Shown: positions 1-64,000 of the stretch, piece by piece
How the letters are laid out: each line of letters starts with the position of its first letter
How positions within the stretch are numbered: position 1 is the stretch's first letter
Assembly: GCF_009914755.1 (NCBI RefSeq)
Contig: NC_060933.1
DNA: 64,000 nt
Origin: the human T2T-CHM13v2.0 reference genome, Homo sapiens
Reading direction: 5' to 3' (one strand)
The notes under the pieces: generated by a model
The model's input: the letters and a program-made list of their open reading frames with translations, nothing else
Databases searched by the model: none
Told to the model about the DNA's origin: nothing
Position numbers and translations under genes: made by a program

Positions 1-273
1 CCTACCCACAACCCATGGGACTTGGGAAGGCCCAAGCCAGAGGCAGGTGGGAAGCTGCTGGTGAAGGACGCAGCCCTGGCTCTGGTATGGTTCTGGGCCC
101 AGTGCCCCAAGGTCACAGCTGGACCTTGGCTCCTGGGCCAAAGCCCTCAGGCCCACCGGCTGCTTGGACACCAGCTCCGAGGCCCAGGGAAAGCTGAAGA
201 GGGCAAGGCCAGGTGCCTGCCCCCACCCTGCCTGCCTCTCAGCTGAAACACCTCTTCACCAACACAATTCCCC

Positions 274-279
274 TTTATT
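274..279 (-). terminator. CRAT: CRAT polyadenylation signal AATAAA (3' UTR ~255-857)
   Basis: tttatt on plus strand ~580 nt past the stop, followed by GT-rich sequence on the minus strand. Confidence 0.85.
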
Positions 280-745
280 GATGACCTTCCACATTAATAT
301 CATACAGCAGGGCGGGGGCAGGAACCAAGCTGAGTGGAACCAGAGGCGGCTCGCTAGCAATGTTATCCACAGGAGCACAGCCGCAACGGAGGTGAAACCT
401 CACACCCTGGCCCCTCGGCCCCAGACAATCCTGTCTCCAGGTCCTGGGAGTTTGGGAAGCAGGGTACAGATGGTGGCCTGGTCATGGAGTTGGCAGGGAG
501 TGGCCGGGGCTGAGCTGGTGAGACAAAGAGCTCTTGCCAGTCTCCTGCTCTGGAGGGCTGGTTCCCTTCCCCAGAGGAGGCACCGGTGGAGGACGTGCCA
601 GGGGCCCGGGCCTAACGTCCTGCTCAGCCTCTGCACTCAGCCCCAGGTCGGGCCCTGGCAGGTGCTGGGATGACCCACGGAAGGCACTTGGCTGGGGCCT
701 GCAGGCCCCCTGGAGGATGCGGTCCGTGGCTCAGTAGATTTGGGG

Positions 746-787
746 GGACCAGGGAAGAGGGAACCAAGGAAGAGGGAACCAAGGAGC
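746..787 (+). repeat. 15-bp tandem repeat x~2.7 in CRAT 3' UTR
   Basis: ggaaccaaggaagag units. Confidence 0.8.
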
Positions 788-857
788 TGAGCCCTGGTGG
801 GTGGCCCATCCTAGGGTGGGCTTGGCTGTGGCATTGGCAGGCCTGAGTCCTAGGGGC

Positions 858-15962
<15,105 letters not shown>

Positions 15963-16230
15963 CTTCGCTGCCCGTCCGCGGACACGCAGTCCGCTCCGCC
16001 CCACACACCGGGCAAAGTCCGCGCCGCCGCGGCTGGGGTCGGTGGGTCCTTGCTAGAGCCTTCGGGCCAAGGTCGCTGAGTTACAGCCGCCAGCCGGTAG
16101 AGGCAGCCCCGCGCCCACCCTCTGGGCCGAGCGGGCTGCGGGCAGGCACCCGGGGAGGAGGACTCGCGAGGCGGGGCCTGGGCCGGTAGCGGGCCCCGGG
16201 CGGGCAACGGTGCCCGGGAGGTTGGCTGTG

Positions 16231-16354
16231 GGGCGGGGGCGGGGCATCGATGGGGCGGAGTCTCCTTGAGGAGGGACAGGAGGGGCGGGGACGGAGGGGC
16301 GGGGCGTCGCCCGGTAGCGGGTCGCAGTAGGCTGGCTGCGAGTCGGGGGCGGGA
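16231..16354. promoter_or_regulatory. Cluster of GC boxes (Sp/KLF sites)
   Basis: GGGGCGG(G/A) at ~16231-16245, 16252, 16282, 16296, 16346. Confidence 0.75.
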
Positions 16355-16760
16355 CCACGGCGGGCGGGGACAGAGGGGCAGGGCCGAGGGCGAGTCATTG
16401 AGACCTGTGGAGGAGGAAGGAGGCGGTCACCGTCCAGCTGTCTCTCCCCTGTCCCCACATGTCTTCTAAGCTGTTGGAGGTAGTGGTGTGCACCTTTCCA
16501 ACTCCGTCTGGTGTCCTTGAGCCTAACTCTTAGAGTGATAGGAAAACACAACCATGTTGACCGGGGAATGTCCTCTAATATTCCTTGGGTTAGGGTCAGT
16601 ACCACCCACAAAGATGACAGGTGGTACTCCGGGACAGGAGACTGTCCCGGAAAAACATGGCTGAGCACAACCCAAACTTGACGCCCCGCACAATCGTGGC
16701 AGTCGCGGCGCCCGACGTTCGGGCGGCCGTGAGCGGTCCTAGCGCTTGGCGGCCGTTGGC

Positions 16761-16770
16761 GCGCATGCGC
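16761..16770. promoter_or_regulatory. NRF1 palindrome GCGCATGCGC
   Basis: Exact NRF1 core; typical of bidirectional and mitochondria-related promoters. Confidence 0.75.
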
Positions 16771-16863
16771 CCCGCGCGCCCCGCACTGACATGGCCGTCG
16801 CCCGGGTCCGCGCGTCCGCCGCGCGCCGGCCGTTAATAGGCTTGCTCCCTGAGCGCCCCGCAC

Positions 16864-16875
16864 CGACATGGCGGC
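16864..16875 (+). promoter_or_regulatory. YY1/TISU-like motif CGACATGGCGGC
   Basis: Close to YY1 consensus AAGATGGCGGC; related motifs at 16788 (GACATGGCCG) and over the PTPA ATG (CAAGATGGCT). Confidence 0.7.
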
Positions 16876-17047
16876 CGTCTTCGCTGTGGTGACTTTAACT
16901 CTCGGTTTTCGGTTATAGCCGGCCGGCGCTCACTTGTCTTCAGGAAGCTCGGAGCCTTTGGTGGAGCCGGGGAGAGGAAGGGTGGGTGCAAGAGTGAAAG
17001 GCGAGAGGGGACTGCAAGCATCCGGGTCGGCTCCTGGCCGGAGCAAG

Positions 17048-52908
<35,861 letters not shown>

Positions 52909-54363
52909 GAGGGGCCAAGCCGAAGAGCCACCCAGGCCACAGTTCCTGTGCCTGCCTTCCCCACCCCAGCAGTGGCCCCTCCCCATCCCCTCCCTCTGTT
53001 CGTCCCGTTTGATGAGAGGCTGTTTACTGGGGTGGGGTGGCGAGATGGGCTTGAGGGGGCTCAGAGCATAAGGCTTCAGGGCCCAAGTTGGGAGAAGTGA
53101 CCAAAGTGTAGCCAGTTTTCTGAGTTCCCGTGTGCTAGACTGGCCAGAAGAGAGGGTCTGGGGCCTGGTCACTCGGCCACTCTCTCCTGTTTCTGGCCTC
53201 TTCTCCCTTCACTCCCGTCCAGTCTGGTTTTGAGAGCAGGGGCTGTTCTGCAGCACCGCAGGGAAGGGAGGAGAGATACCTGCTGCTTCCATTGCTTTTC
53301 CCTTCCTGGAGTCGATGCCTTTCTAAGGGTTGGAGCTGCTCCTTGCAGGGGCGGGTCAGTTTCCCAGGCCATGCCGGGGTGGCCATCTATGCTAGGGCTG
53401 GAAGCTGAGGCTGGCCGCCAGCTGTGGGCTGGGGTGGGGTGGGTGGGGTCGGGTGGTGGAGAGGCCTTAGCTGTCCTGGCTGGTGCCCCTCCCAGGCTCC
53501 TTTTCACCCTGCCCCCTGGGCCTGAGGCCCCCTGTGTCCAAGCCTCCCCCTGGCTCTTCAGTTCTCTAGCCCTTGGCTTTGCTGGGTTTCCTGACTGTAG
53601 CCACATCTCTCCCGCTCCCTAAGGGTAACCTAGCCAATGGAAGCTGCCCTTTGGGTAGGTGCTGGGCTCCTGGGAGGGCCCAGATGATGGGGTGAGGCAT
53701 GTCTTTCCAGAACTTTCCCTGGCAGGGAGGGGATGGCAGAAACTCAGGGAGGGGCTTGGGGCCCATTGTATCTGGAGAGCCTGGATTCCTCTTGGCAGTC
53801 TTAGGCCCGGCCACTTCTGCTACCTTTGCGCTGCTGTGAGCCTCACCCTGGGCCCCTGGGCCCTGCTTCTCTGCTCCCCTGGGTGATGGGTGGGCCCAGA
53901 AGGTGGCAGTCCCACACCTTGTCCTCCCACCTCCCTGAACTGTCCATTGCTTTTATAGGGTGAGGTAAGAGACAGCCTCCCAAGCCCAGGCTTTGGCACT
54001 CAGAATGGGCCCAGTGGGGGCTGGGCAGGCCCATTGAGGGCCACCGCCGAGGTTTCTCCTAGGGCTGTTCCTGGGCCTGGCTCTTACAGGCTCGTCCCCC
54101 AGGCCTGCCCTTCTCCACTGCCCCCTCCTGTGTCTGGGTCCACACACCCTTCAGGAAGGGGGAGCACTGAGAAGCACAGCACAGGGGCTCAGCCTGGGAT
54201 CCGGTGATGGTCTGGGCAGAGGCTGGGTCAGGAGTCCCAAAGGTCAGTGACAGTTTCTCAGAAGAGGCCCAGCGTCCACCTCTCTCCCAGGGCCAGACAC
54301 CCCTTCCTGGCTCCCCCATCCCCCTATGGGCTCCCAGCCCCTTGCACCCTCATTGCTGTTCAG

Positions 54364-54369
54364 ATTAAA
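54364..54369 (+). terminator. PTPA: PTPA polyadenylation signal ATTAAA (3' UTR ~52909-54390)
   Basis: ATTAAA followed by U/GU-rich downstream sequence. Confidence 0.75.
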
Positions 54370-57300
54370 GCCTCTGTTTTGCACCTGTCACTTGTGTGAG
54401 GTATGTCTTTTCATGTCACATGTTTAACCCATTTCTGCATGACTGACCTCCATCAGGTCCCCTTCTCTCAGGCCACAGTGTCTGAGACGAGCTGTTTCAA
54501 TTTGGGTTGAGCCTTTCCTGGGTTTAAATCCTAGCTGTCTGCAGTCCCAGCTGCAAGGTTGTAAGTTACTGAAGCCCCTGAGCCCCAGCTTCCTCAATTC
54601 ACAAAATGGGGACAGTCACAGGGTGACTGCCAGCAGTGGACAGCAGATGTGAAGTCCTCAGCTCAGGGCCTGGCACATAGCATATCCCGGGTGGTCACTG
54701 CAGCTGTGCTTGGTGAAGGGGGCCCCTCTGGACTCCCAGCTTAGCCCCAAGCTGGCCAGGGAGCCTTTGGATGGGCTTTGACAGTGGAACATGCACCTGT
54801 GGTTTGTGAGGGGGTGGCCCTCTATTCTCCCTCCTCTGCCCCTCCTGTCCCTGCTGGGCTGGAGTTGAGGGTCTCTGGGGCTGCTGTGCCCCAGACTTCC
54901 TTAAGACACTCTTGCTCAGAGAACAAGGGTCCTTGACCTTTCTCTTGGCCTTAGAGGCCTTGCATGGACTGGAAAGCCTCAGCCCCTCATCACCTTGCGC
55001 TGCCTCAGGCACACCCGAGTTCAAACTGAGCAGCTGCTGCTTACTCACCAGGAAGTAGAGGGCCCTCATGGTTGACTTCTCTCTGAGCCTCAGCTTCCTG
55101 ATCTGAAAAATGGGCATAATGACGTTCCTATCATTGGTCTTGAGGATTCCTTCATTTCACAAATAGTGGCTGCATGTTCCTCATGACTGCAGTGCACCCA
55201 GATATGACAGTGTTAGGTAGCCGGTGGATTATGGAGAAAATAACGTCAATTAGAGAAGGCGTTGATGGGGGCAGGGCAGGGGGTTACTTGCTCTAAAAGG
55301 TCCTGTGAGCTGAGACCCTGAGGACAAGAAAGAGCCGCTGTGGAGAGCTCAGGCCTGGGCCTGGAGGGCTAGGGTTGGGTATAGGGGCCAGACTTTCAGG
55401 CCGGGGCCTTGCGGGCTCTGCTGAGTTTGGACAGTGTTCTATGGGAAGGTGCTGGAAGGTTTTGTTGGGGAGAAGGGGAGATAGGACCATTTGGGAGGTT
55501 GTAGTTGTGATTGGGCACAGGGATAGTGGCCTGGGTGAGGGTTCAGAGTGGGATGGTGGGAAGTGGTCCAATTTAGGCTGCATTTGGTGTCGCTAACAGG
55601 AAGGGAGTTATGACAGGGAGCCGAGCAGCCAAGAACCCCAATTCTTGGCTTGTGTGGCTTGGTGCCATTTCCTGGGGTGGGGGGCCCTGAGGGAGAGGAA
55701 TTGCTGTGGGGGCGCGGAACTGCCTGTTAGCTTCTAAGAGGAGGTGCTGAGGATGAGGGCGCTGGGGTGGGCTGAAGAGGATGGAGGTGGCGGGCATGGT
55801 GACGAGGCGTAGTGCCAAATGGGTGGAACATGCAGATGAGGGAGAGGAGAGGGCCGGCTTCTGCACAGAGGAGGGTGGAGTGTGGGCAGGGGACCCAAAG
55901 CTGCAAATACAAGGAGCATTGGCCCTGGGTGGGCTTTCGTGGGGTGGGGGAGGGGGGAGCAGGGATGAGAACGCAGACCGCACCCTGTGAGGTCTGCTTG
56001 TCATGGCACAGGCCCCCACCCTAGGAGGAAGATGTGGAGGGATGGTCTGCTGCTTGAGGTGGATACTGACCAGACATCACTCGCTTCTCTTCTGAGTTTC
56101 ACTGTGGTGGGAGTGGGGACGGGAGAGTGGGCAGGGTGGTGGCCAAGGGACTGCCTTGAAGGTGGGCTCTGGTCAGACTGGCAAGGGGCTGCCTCCTGCT
56201 GCATGCTGGGAAGGTCCAGGAGAGCGGGAGGTTGAAGGGAGCGAGGTCCTGAGAAGGTACCGGTGGCCTTCACGGGGCAGGTGGCTGAGGCAGGATGCTC
56301 GTTTCTCCCTGTGGGAGGAAGGCAGACCCTGCGCCGGTTTGGCGGCGGGTTGGGCTGGGTTTATTTTTACAGGGAAATGTAAGGCATGAGGGGCAGTGAG
56401 AGCTCCGAGGACGTGGGCGTGGGCTTCTGGGCAGGATGGGAGCCCACTCAGGCCCTGGGAGATGGGCCATGGAGGCACGTGCACCTGTAGCCTGTGCTGT
56501 GCTCGGTGGAGGTTGGCCTGCTGCTGGCACCCCAGCGGCTCAACATGTCCGAAAGAAGCCCTCTGAGTGTGGGGCTGGCCGCAGAGCTGAAGGGCGGGTG
56601 TCACTTCCCAGCATCCTGGGCCACAGGAGCTCCAGGATGGACAAGCTGAACTCAGCCACTTGTGCTCCTTTTTGGTTCGCCGGGGCAGAGGCCGCTTCAT
56701 GCTCGTGAGAGGTGAGAGGAAGAAGCCTTCCTGGGAGGAAAATCCTGGGCAGAGGTTGGGGTTGGAAGGAGAGCAAAGCTGAGGGTTTGGTGTGCCCAAG
56801 ACTTGGGCCTAAGTCAGGTGATATGTTTTTCTTGAATCCCACAAGCATTAAGCATGTGTTATATATGTATGAGGTATTGGAGGAATGTGGAGATGAGAAA
56901 AAGGTAAGAATCTGCCTTCAAGAAACTTCCAGCTTACTGGGGAAACAGAGAGATGGAGAACTAGTTGCAAAGGAGGGCGGAAGGTGATGCGGCCGGGTGG
57001 ACTTTAGGTAAGCTCTGGAATACTCTGTGGAGGAGGTGGCGTGTGGGCATCCTCTCACCTGGGTGATGGGCGCAGACCAAGGACGTGCTCGCGGGGCCAT
57101 TGTGCACAGAGATGTGGAGGGGTGGCTGGCAGGGGACACAGTTGCAACAGCAGGTCGGGGCTGGCCTGCAGAGGGCTTTAACACCAGCTCGGGATCCAAG
57201 ACCCCCGCCATGGATGCCCGTAGCACTCCACACGTGGCCTTGACACTTGCCTAGCGGCATTTAATTCTCTACAAAATGCATTGCTTAAGGTTCGTCTTCC

Positions 57301-59308
57301 CTGCTAGAAGATGAGCCGCAGGAGGCCAGGGACTGTCTGTCTTGCCCACTGCTGTATCCCAGTGCCCAGCAGAGACTGGCACACAGCAGGCACCCGGAAG
57401 CAGGAATCAGTGGTTCGGTGGGGAGTTGGTGGGGAGCTGGGGAAGTATGTAACTGGTGCCTCTGTGGTGTGTGTGAGAGATGAGGATTGGGATTTAGGAA
57501 ACTCATGGGCAGCTGGCTGGATGCTGGTGATGGGACTGTGGATGCTGGTGATGGGACTGGGGCCTTGGCCCAGATAAGGGATGTTGAAGGCCCCAAGCAG
57601 CACAGAGAGAGGCCCTGGGCTGGGAAGCGGAGGGTGGAGGTGGGAGCTGGTGCTGAGGAAGAGGGAGGGGTTCTTAATGACCCTAGGCACATGCCTGAGA
57701 GGAGGACTCCGGCAAAGGTAGCTCAGCCAGGGGTGCAGAGTTTGAGGAGCTCTGGTAGACATGTTGCATGGGCTGAATGGGAGGCTGGCAGGGCTGCCAG
57801 GACCCAACCCCTGGTAGAGTGGGGAATCTGGGGCCAAAGAGATTCCCAGAATCCTCTGCTGTGCCCTGCTTGTTCTCCAGCCTCAGGCCCTTGCCCACAC
57901 CCTTGCTGTGTCAAGGTCCAGCCACCCTGGCTGCCTCTCTTCCTCACACTCCTGGAGCCGCTGATCAGTTTGGCCCTGTTCGAAGAACCCTTTACCCCAC
58001 TGGGCAACCCCTGGTGTTTCTTTGGGGCTCAGCTGAGGCTTCGCTCCCTCTGAGAGGCCTCGCCTGGCCCCCTAGATCGGGGCTGGTCTCCTGGGCCTGC
58101 TTGCCTGGGTGTCCCCACCCCACCCAGCACTCAGCCACACCCCTGCCGTAGGGACACCGGGGTCTTTGTTGGGGAGGGGCAGCCAGCTGGTTAGAATTTG
58201 GGGTGGTAGGGGGCTGTCTGCAGACACAGCTTCTCTTTACTTGGGGTTCCTTGGTGGGGGCTGATGGAGATTCACATGAGGCAGGCTAAGGCCCACCACC
58301 TTGCACTCAGCACCTAGCTTTGCTGCTCCTGTGAGGCCAGACACCTCATCTGTCCTATTTCCTGCTAGCCCTAGGAAGGTCCTGCAGACACTCGGTACAT
58401 ATCTGTGAAATGGCTGTGACAGTGGCAGGGGCCCTCGTGCAGAGCATGATACAGACACAGGAGGGGGCAGGTCAGCCCTGGAGAATCCGTGGAGAAAGGA
58501 AGCTGGTGCCCCGCCTGGGGCAGGTGAGTGGAATGGGCAGGGAGACTGAGTGGCCACTGTTGCCCTGGTGCCAGGCAGCCAGCACCGGAGGTGGGTATGG
58601 GGCCTGTGAGAGGGCAGTTCTGAGTGCTGTGGAGCCAAGCAGAGGAGCAGTGGGCTGGAGAGAAAGGAGGGTGAGGTTGGCACAGTGGGGAGGAAGAAGG
58701 AGGCAGGTGGGCATGGGGGGCCCCTGGGGTACCTGAGTGCCACTGCAGGCGGAGGGCGGAGGGAGGGAGCTGAGGAGAGGACCAGAGAGGCCCAGGTCAG
58801 GGTTGAGCCGGGAGGATGGCTTGCTTTCATTCACTCAGCAAACACTGTCAGAGCCCTCTCTGTTCCAGTCTGGGGACAAGTGCTGGGGCGCTGCGGTGAA
58901 CAAGACAGGCAGCACCGTCCCTCCTGGAGGATTTTCCCTCTTGGACTTATTCCAGCAGAACCTGGGAAACACTCTATATGTTCAGCAGTTGGGGATTGTT
59001 AGGGGGCTGGAGGGAGCAGTCATCCTATGGGCTGTCAGATGACGCGATTATCCATTTATTTGTCCAGAAAGATGCGGATAATCTGTTATTCGTGGGGAAG
59101 GCAGCTGCAAAGACTGCAGGTGAAGGACAATGCTTTTTTGTAAAAAAGCAGAAATCTGCATTCTTGATCCGTCCGTCTGTCTGTCCATCTACATGAACAC
59201 AGGCCCAGGTAGTGATGAGCTTATCTCTGGGTGGTGGGGATATGAGGGTTTTTGGAAAATTCTTAATGCTTTTCCTGCTTCCAAAGATAGTTATGAAAAT
59301 GCCAACAT

Positions 59309-59702
<394 letters not shown>

Positions 59703-61107
59703 CTACCATATCCACATATTACTTTTGTAATAAGAAAAAAAAAGAAAGGAAACTGAATAAAAAGATCTCCCCCCTAACAAGCGCCGGAGGATGGTGCATC
59801 TTGGGCAGAGAGGAGGGGGCTTGTCCTTCTAGTCAGGAGGGAGAGGAAGGAGAGGGGCCTTGCTCACATCTGTTGGGATAAAGGAAGGGGAGGTGAGTTC
59901 TTGGTAGGTGCTTTGGCCCAGAGACCCCCTGAGAGGGAGTGGGCAGTCGGGGCTGGGGGATTCAGGGAGTGAGAGGTATTGGGGAAAAGTGTTTGAGAGT
60001 CCATGTGAGCTGGACCCAGGGAGAGGAGGCAGCCTAGATCCTGATTCCTCAGGGGGCCTTTGGACTGGGGAGAGTTGTGGCCAGCAGTTCCCTGGCGGGC
60101 ATCTGCAGCCTTCCTGGTGACCTCTGGGACCCAGCTTCTGTTCTCAGGACCCCAGCACATGTGAGTTGGATCCAGAATTCAGTCCCAAAGTTGAGGTGCT
60201 CTTTCTCCTGCCTGGGCCCTGGATGGGGGGTTTGGTGGTTAAGAACCAAGGGACGAACGGTTCAATTTCTCTCAGTGCTTGTGATGCTGCTGGGAGTATT
60301 TTCCTGAATCCCAGTGAAGAGGCGAAGCCCCTGATGGGTCCAGCTTCATCCACCATCCTCCCCTGAGCAGGTGACATCAAGGGATACCTGGGACAACACC
60401 CAGGAGTAGACGGACCTGTGAGGATGGGGCTCAGAGCTGCGGCGATGAGACGTACTCCACAGTGGCTGGGGCTCTGGGAGGCTTCCTCTCCTGGCAGGGC
60501 AGCTGGCTGTATCCCCAGTTCTGGCCCCGAGGCCGGGCCTTTGCTGGCCTGTAGTGAGATCTCCCAGTCTGAGCCTGGACAGATTTCTTGACCCTTGTTA
60601 TTTACATGAGACAAAGTTGGGGCTTTTCAAAAGGGACACTGCAAAGGCAGGCCGAGTGCAGCACCTCATCTCCAGGTAACTGGACCCAGCCCCGGGCAGT
60701 ACAGGCAGGTGGGCGGGCTGCGGACGGAACAGCCTGCTCCTGCTCCCCACCTCTGCTTGGTGAGATTGGGCCTGGCCCTTGCTGGGCTGACGGACTGCGC
60801 ACACCCTCTAGAGCCAGCTCCTGCCCTCTGCAAGGGGTGGGGAGCGTGGTGGCCAAGGTGTGCGTGGGCTCTGGAGTGGGTCTTGCATTTCCCTCTGTGT
60901 GACCTTGAGCCATGACTGAACCCCTCTGAGCCTCAGTTTCCTTACGTATAAACAAGGTAAGTAAACATGGCCTTACAGGGTGGATGTACCAGACACCGAA
61001 CGGACACAGCCCAGGGCTTTGCTGGCACCGTCTCATTGAATCTCCGCAGGCCACCCTGCGAGGTGGGCATGTGGCAACCGAGCCATGGGGGAATTCCTTG
61101 GTGGTAA

Positions 61108-61485
<378 letters not shown>

Positions 61486-62549
61486 TGAGCCCAATAATGG
61501 CTGTGAATCTGTCCCACGAACGTTTACTGAGCACTTGCTCTGCCAGGCTCCAAGGAGACCCCAAGGACCATGGAGGAGGCAGATGCGGTTCCGTCCCTCA
61601 TGGAGGTTTAAGGAGGACACGGGGCATGTGGGGAGCTGTGGGAATGTCGTGGACAGGGTGGAGAGCCTTCCTTGAAGGCAGGATGAGGGCTCCGGCAGCA
61701 AGGCTGGGAGGTGTGCTGGGTGTCTGGAGCTGGGGCGGTCGTTCCCTTGCTGGCTACTGGCCCCAGGCCTGGCTTCTGCCCGGACTGTGGTGGCCTGGCC
61801 ATTCCTTCAGGAGTGGCTCCTGCCCTACTCCATGCAAATTCCTGGTCCCCATGTCTCAGTTGCCACTGCTGCTCCAGGCCCCAGCAGCTGTCTGCCCCCT
61901 GATGTCTGGGGGTTCCCGCAGCGAGCCTGGAGCTTGTGGCTCCTGCATGCGGCCTATGTGTCTGGCCCTGAGCTAAGTGCTTCGAAGCTTCTCTTGCCTC
62001 ATCCTCACAATGGGCGCTGATGTCCTCATTTCACAGAAGGGTCTGGGGTCTCTTTCCCGCCAAAGCTCGTGCTCCTGCAGCCTCTCCACGGGGCCTGACC
62101 TGAGGGCTCGGGTGGCATGGGCTGCCGTGTGCTGCCTGTCCCCACTGTGGTGGCCTGAGAGCCCTCCTCCACTCCACTTCACTCTACCCCCTCCCCCTCC
62201 TCCTCCTCTTCCTCCTGCTCCTGCACCCATCTCTCCAGGACTGGCCCCAGACCCTGGGCTTCTCTGAGAGGCACCTCTTCCAAGGGCCCAGTTTCTTTTT
62301 GGAGGCAGGGCCGATTTGCACAAAGATGACGAAGACGCATGACAGCAATGACTCTCTGGCTGGTAGCGTGCCTCTTGGTGTGTGCAGATTGTGCTTTATG
62401 TGTCACCTCGTGGAGTCCCCACAGTGAGCCGAGAAGGTGGCATCACATTCCCAGTCAAGGGCTTTTGGTGGTGGGGCTCAGATCTTAGTGGCGTCCCAGG
62501 GCCTCCAGCTTGTCCAAGTGGGTTCAGGGTGGTGCCCAGGTTTGTCTGA

Positions 62550-63308
<759 letters not shown>

Positions 63309-63477
63309 CAGGTGTTATCCTGAATTCCTTTCTTTTCCTCTACCTCTCAAATCCAACCCATGAGCAGGTCCTATTGGGTCTCCCTCCAAATTGTAACCCA
63401 AATCTGCCCGCAGCCAGGGAGCACGGTCAGCTCTCCCAGGAGCGCTGGCCAGCAGCATCTCCTCTCTGCTCTCCTGA

Positions 63478-63998
<521 letters not shown>

Positions 63999-64000
63999 TC

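Noticed and set aside
16053-16247. 64-codon uORF in the CRAT leader from ATG 16247
   Set aside because: The ATG lies among the GC boxes, probably at or upstream of the TSS, and has a pyrimidine at -3 and C at +4; cannot be supported without TSS data.
16081-16869. 262-aa minus-strand ORF and other long ORFs over the promoter
   Set aside because: GC-rich CpG island depleted of stop codons; low-complexity R/P/A/G product; no recognisable domain.

Overview
Primate (almost certainly human) genomic DNA containing the complete head-to-head gene pair CRAT (carnitine O-acetyltransferase) and PTPA (PPP2R4, PP2A phosphatase activator). CRAT is on the minus strand with 14 coding exons; the GT-AG junctions I traced by hand sum to 1881 nt = 626 aa + stop, with catalytic His343 and a C-terminal AKL PTS1. 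PTPA is on the plus strand with 10 constitutive coding exons summing to 972 nt = 323 aa + stop, plus an in-frame 105-nt cassette exon giving 358 aa. The two start codons are ~1.1 kb apart on a shared CpG-island promoter with GC boxes, an NRF1 palindrome and YY1-type motifs. The rest is intron/intergenic sequence dense in Alu, MIR, L2, old L1 and hAT MITEs, plus one ERVK solo LTR with perfect TSDs. This is a well-studied locus and I see no wholly new gene system. The most interesting sequence-level signals are: (1) a 141-nt cassette exon in CRAT intron 1 that would turn the mitochondrial start into a uORF and supply a new acidic N-terminus; (2) an antisense ERVK LTR 48 nt from a CRAT exon; (3) a TISU/YY1-type uORF in the PTPA leader; (4) a PTPA cassette exon apparently built from two transposon relics; (5) a structured candidate exon/microexon/enhancer block in PTPA intron 8; (6) several nested retrotransposition fossils. 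Repeat boundaries are approximate and repeat subfamily names come from memory of the consensus sequences.
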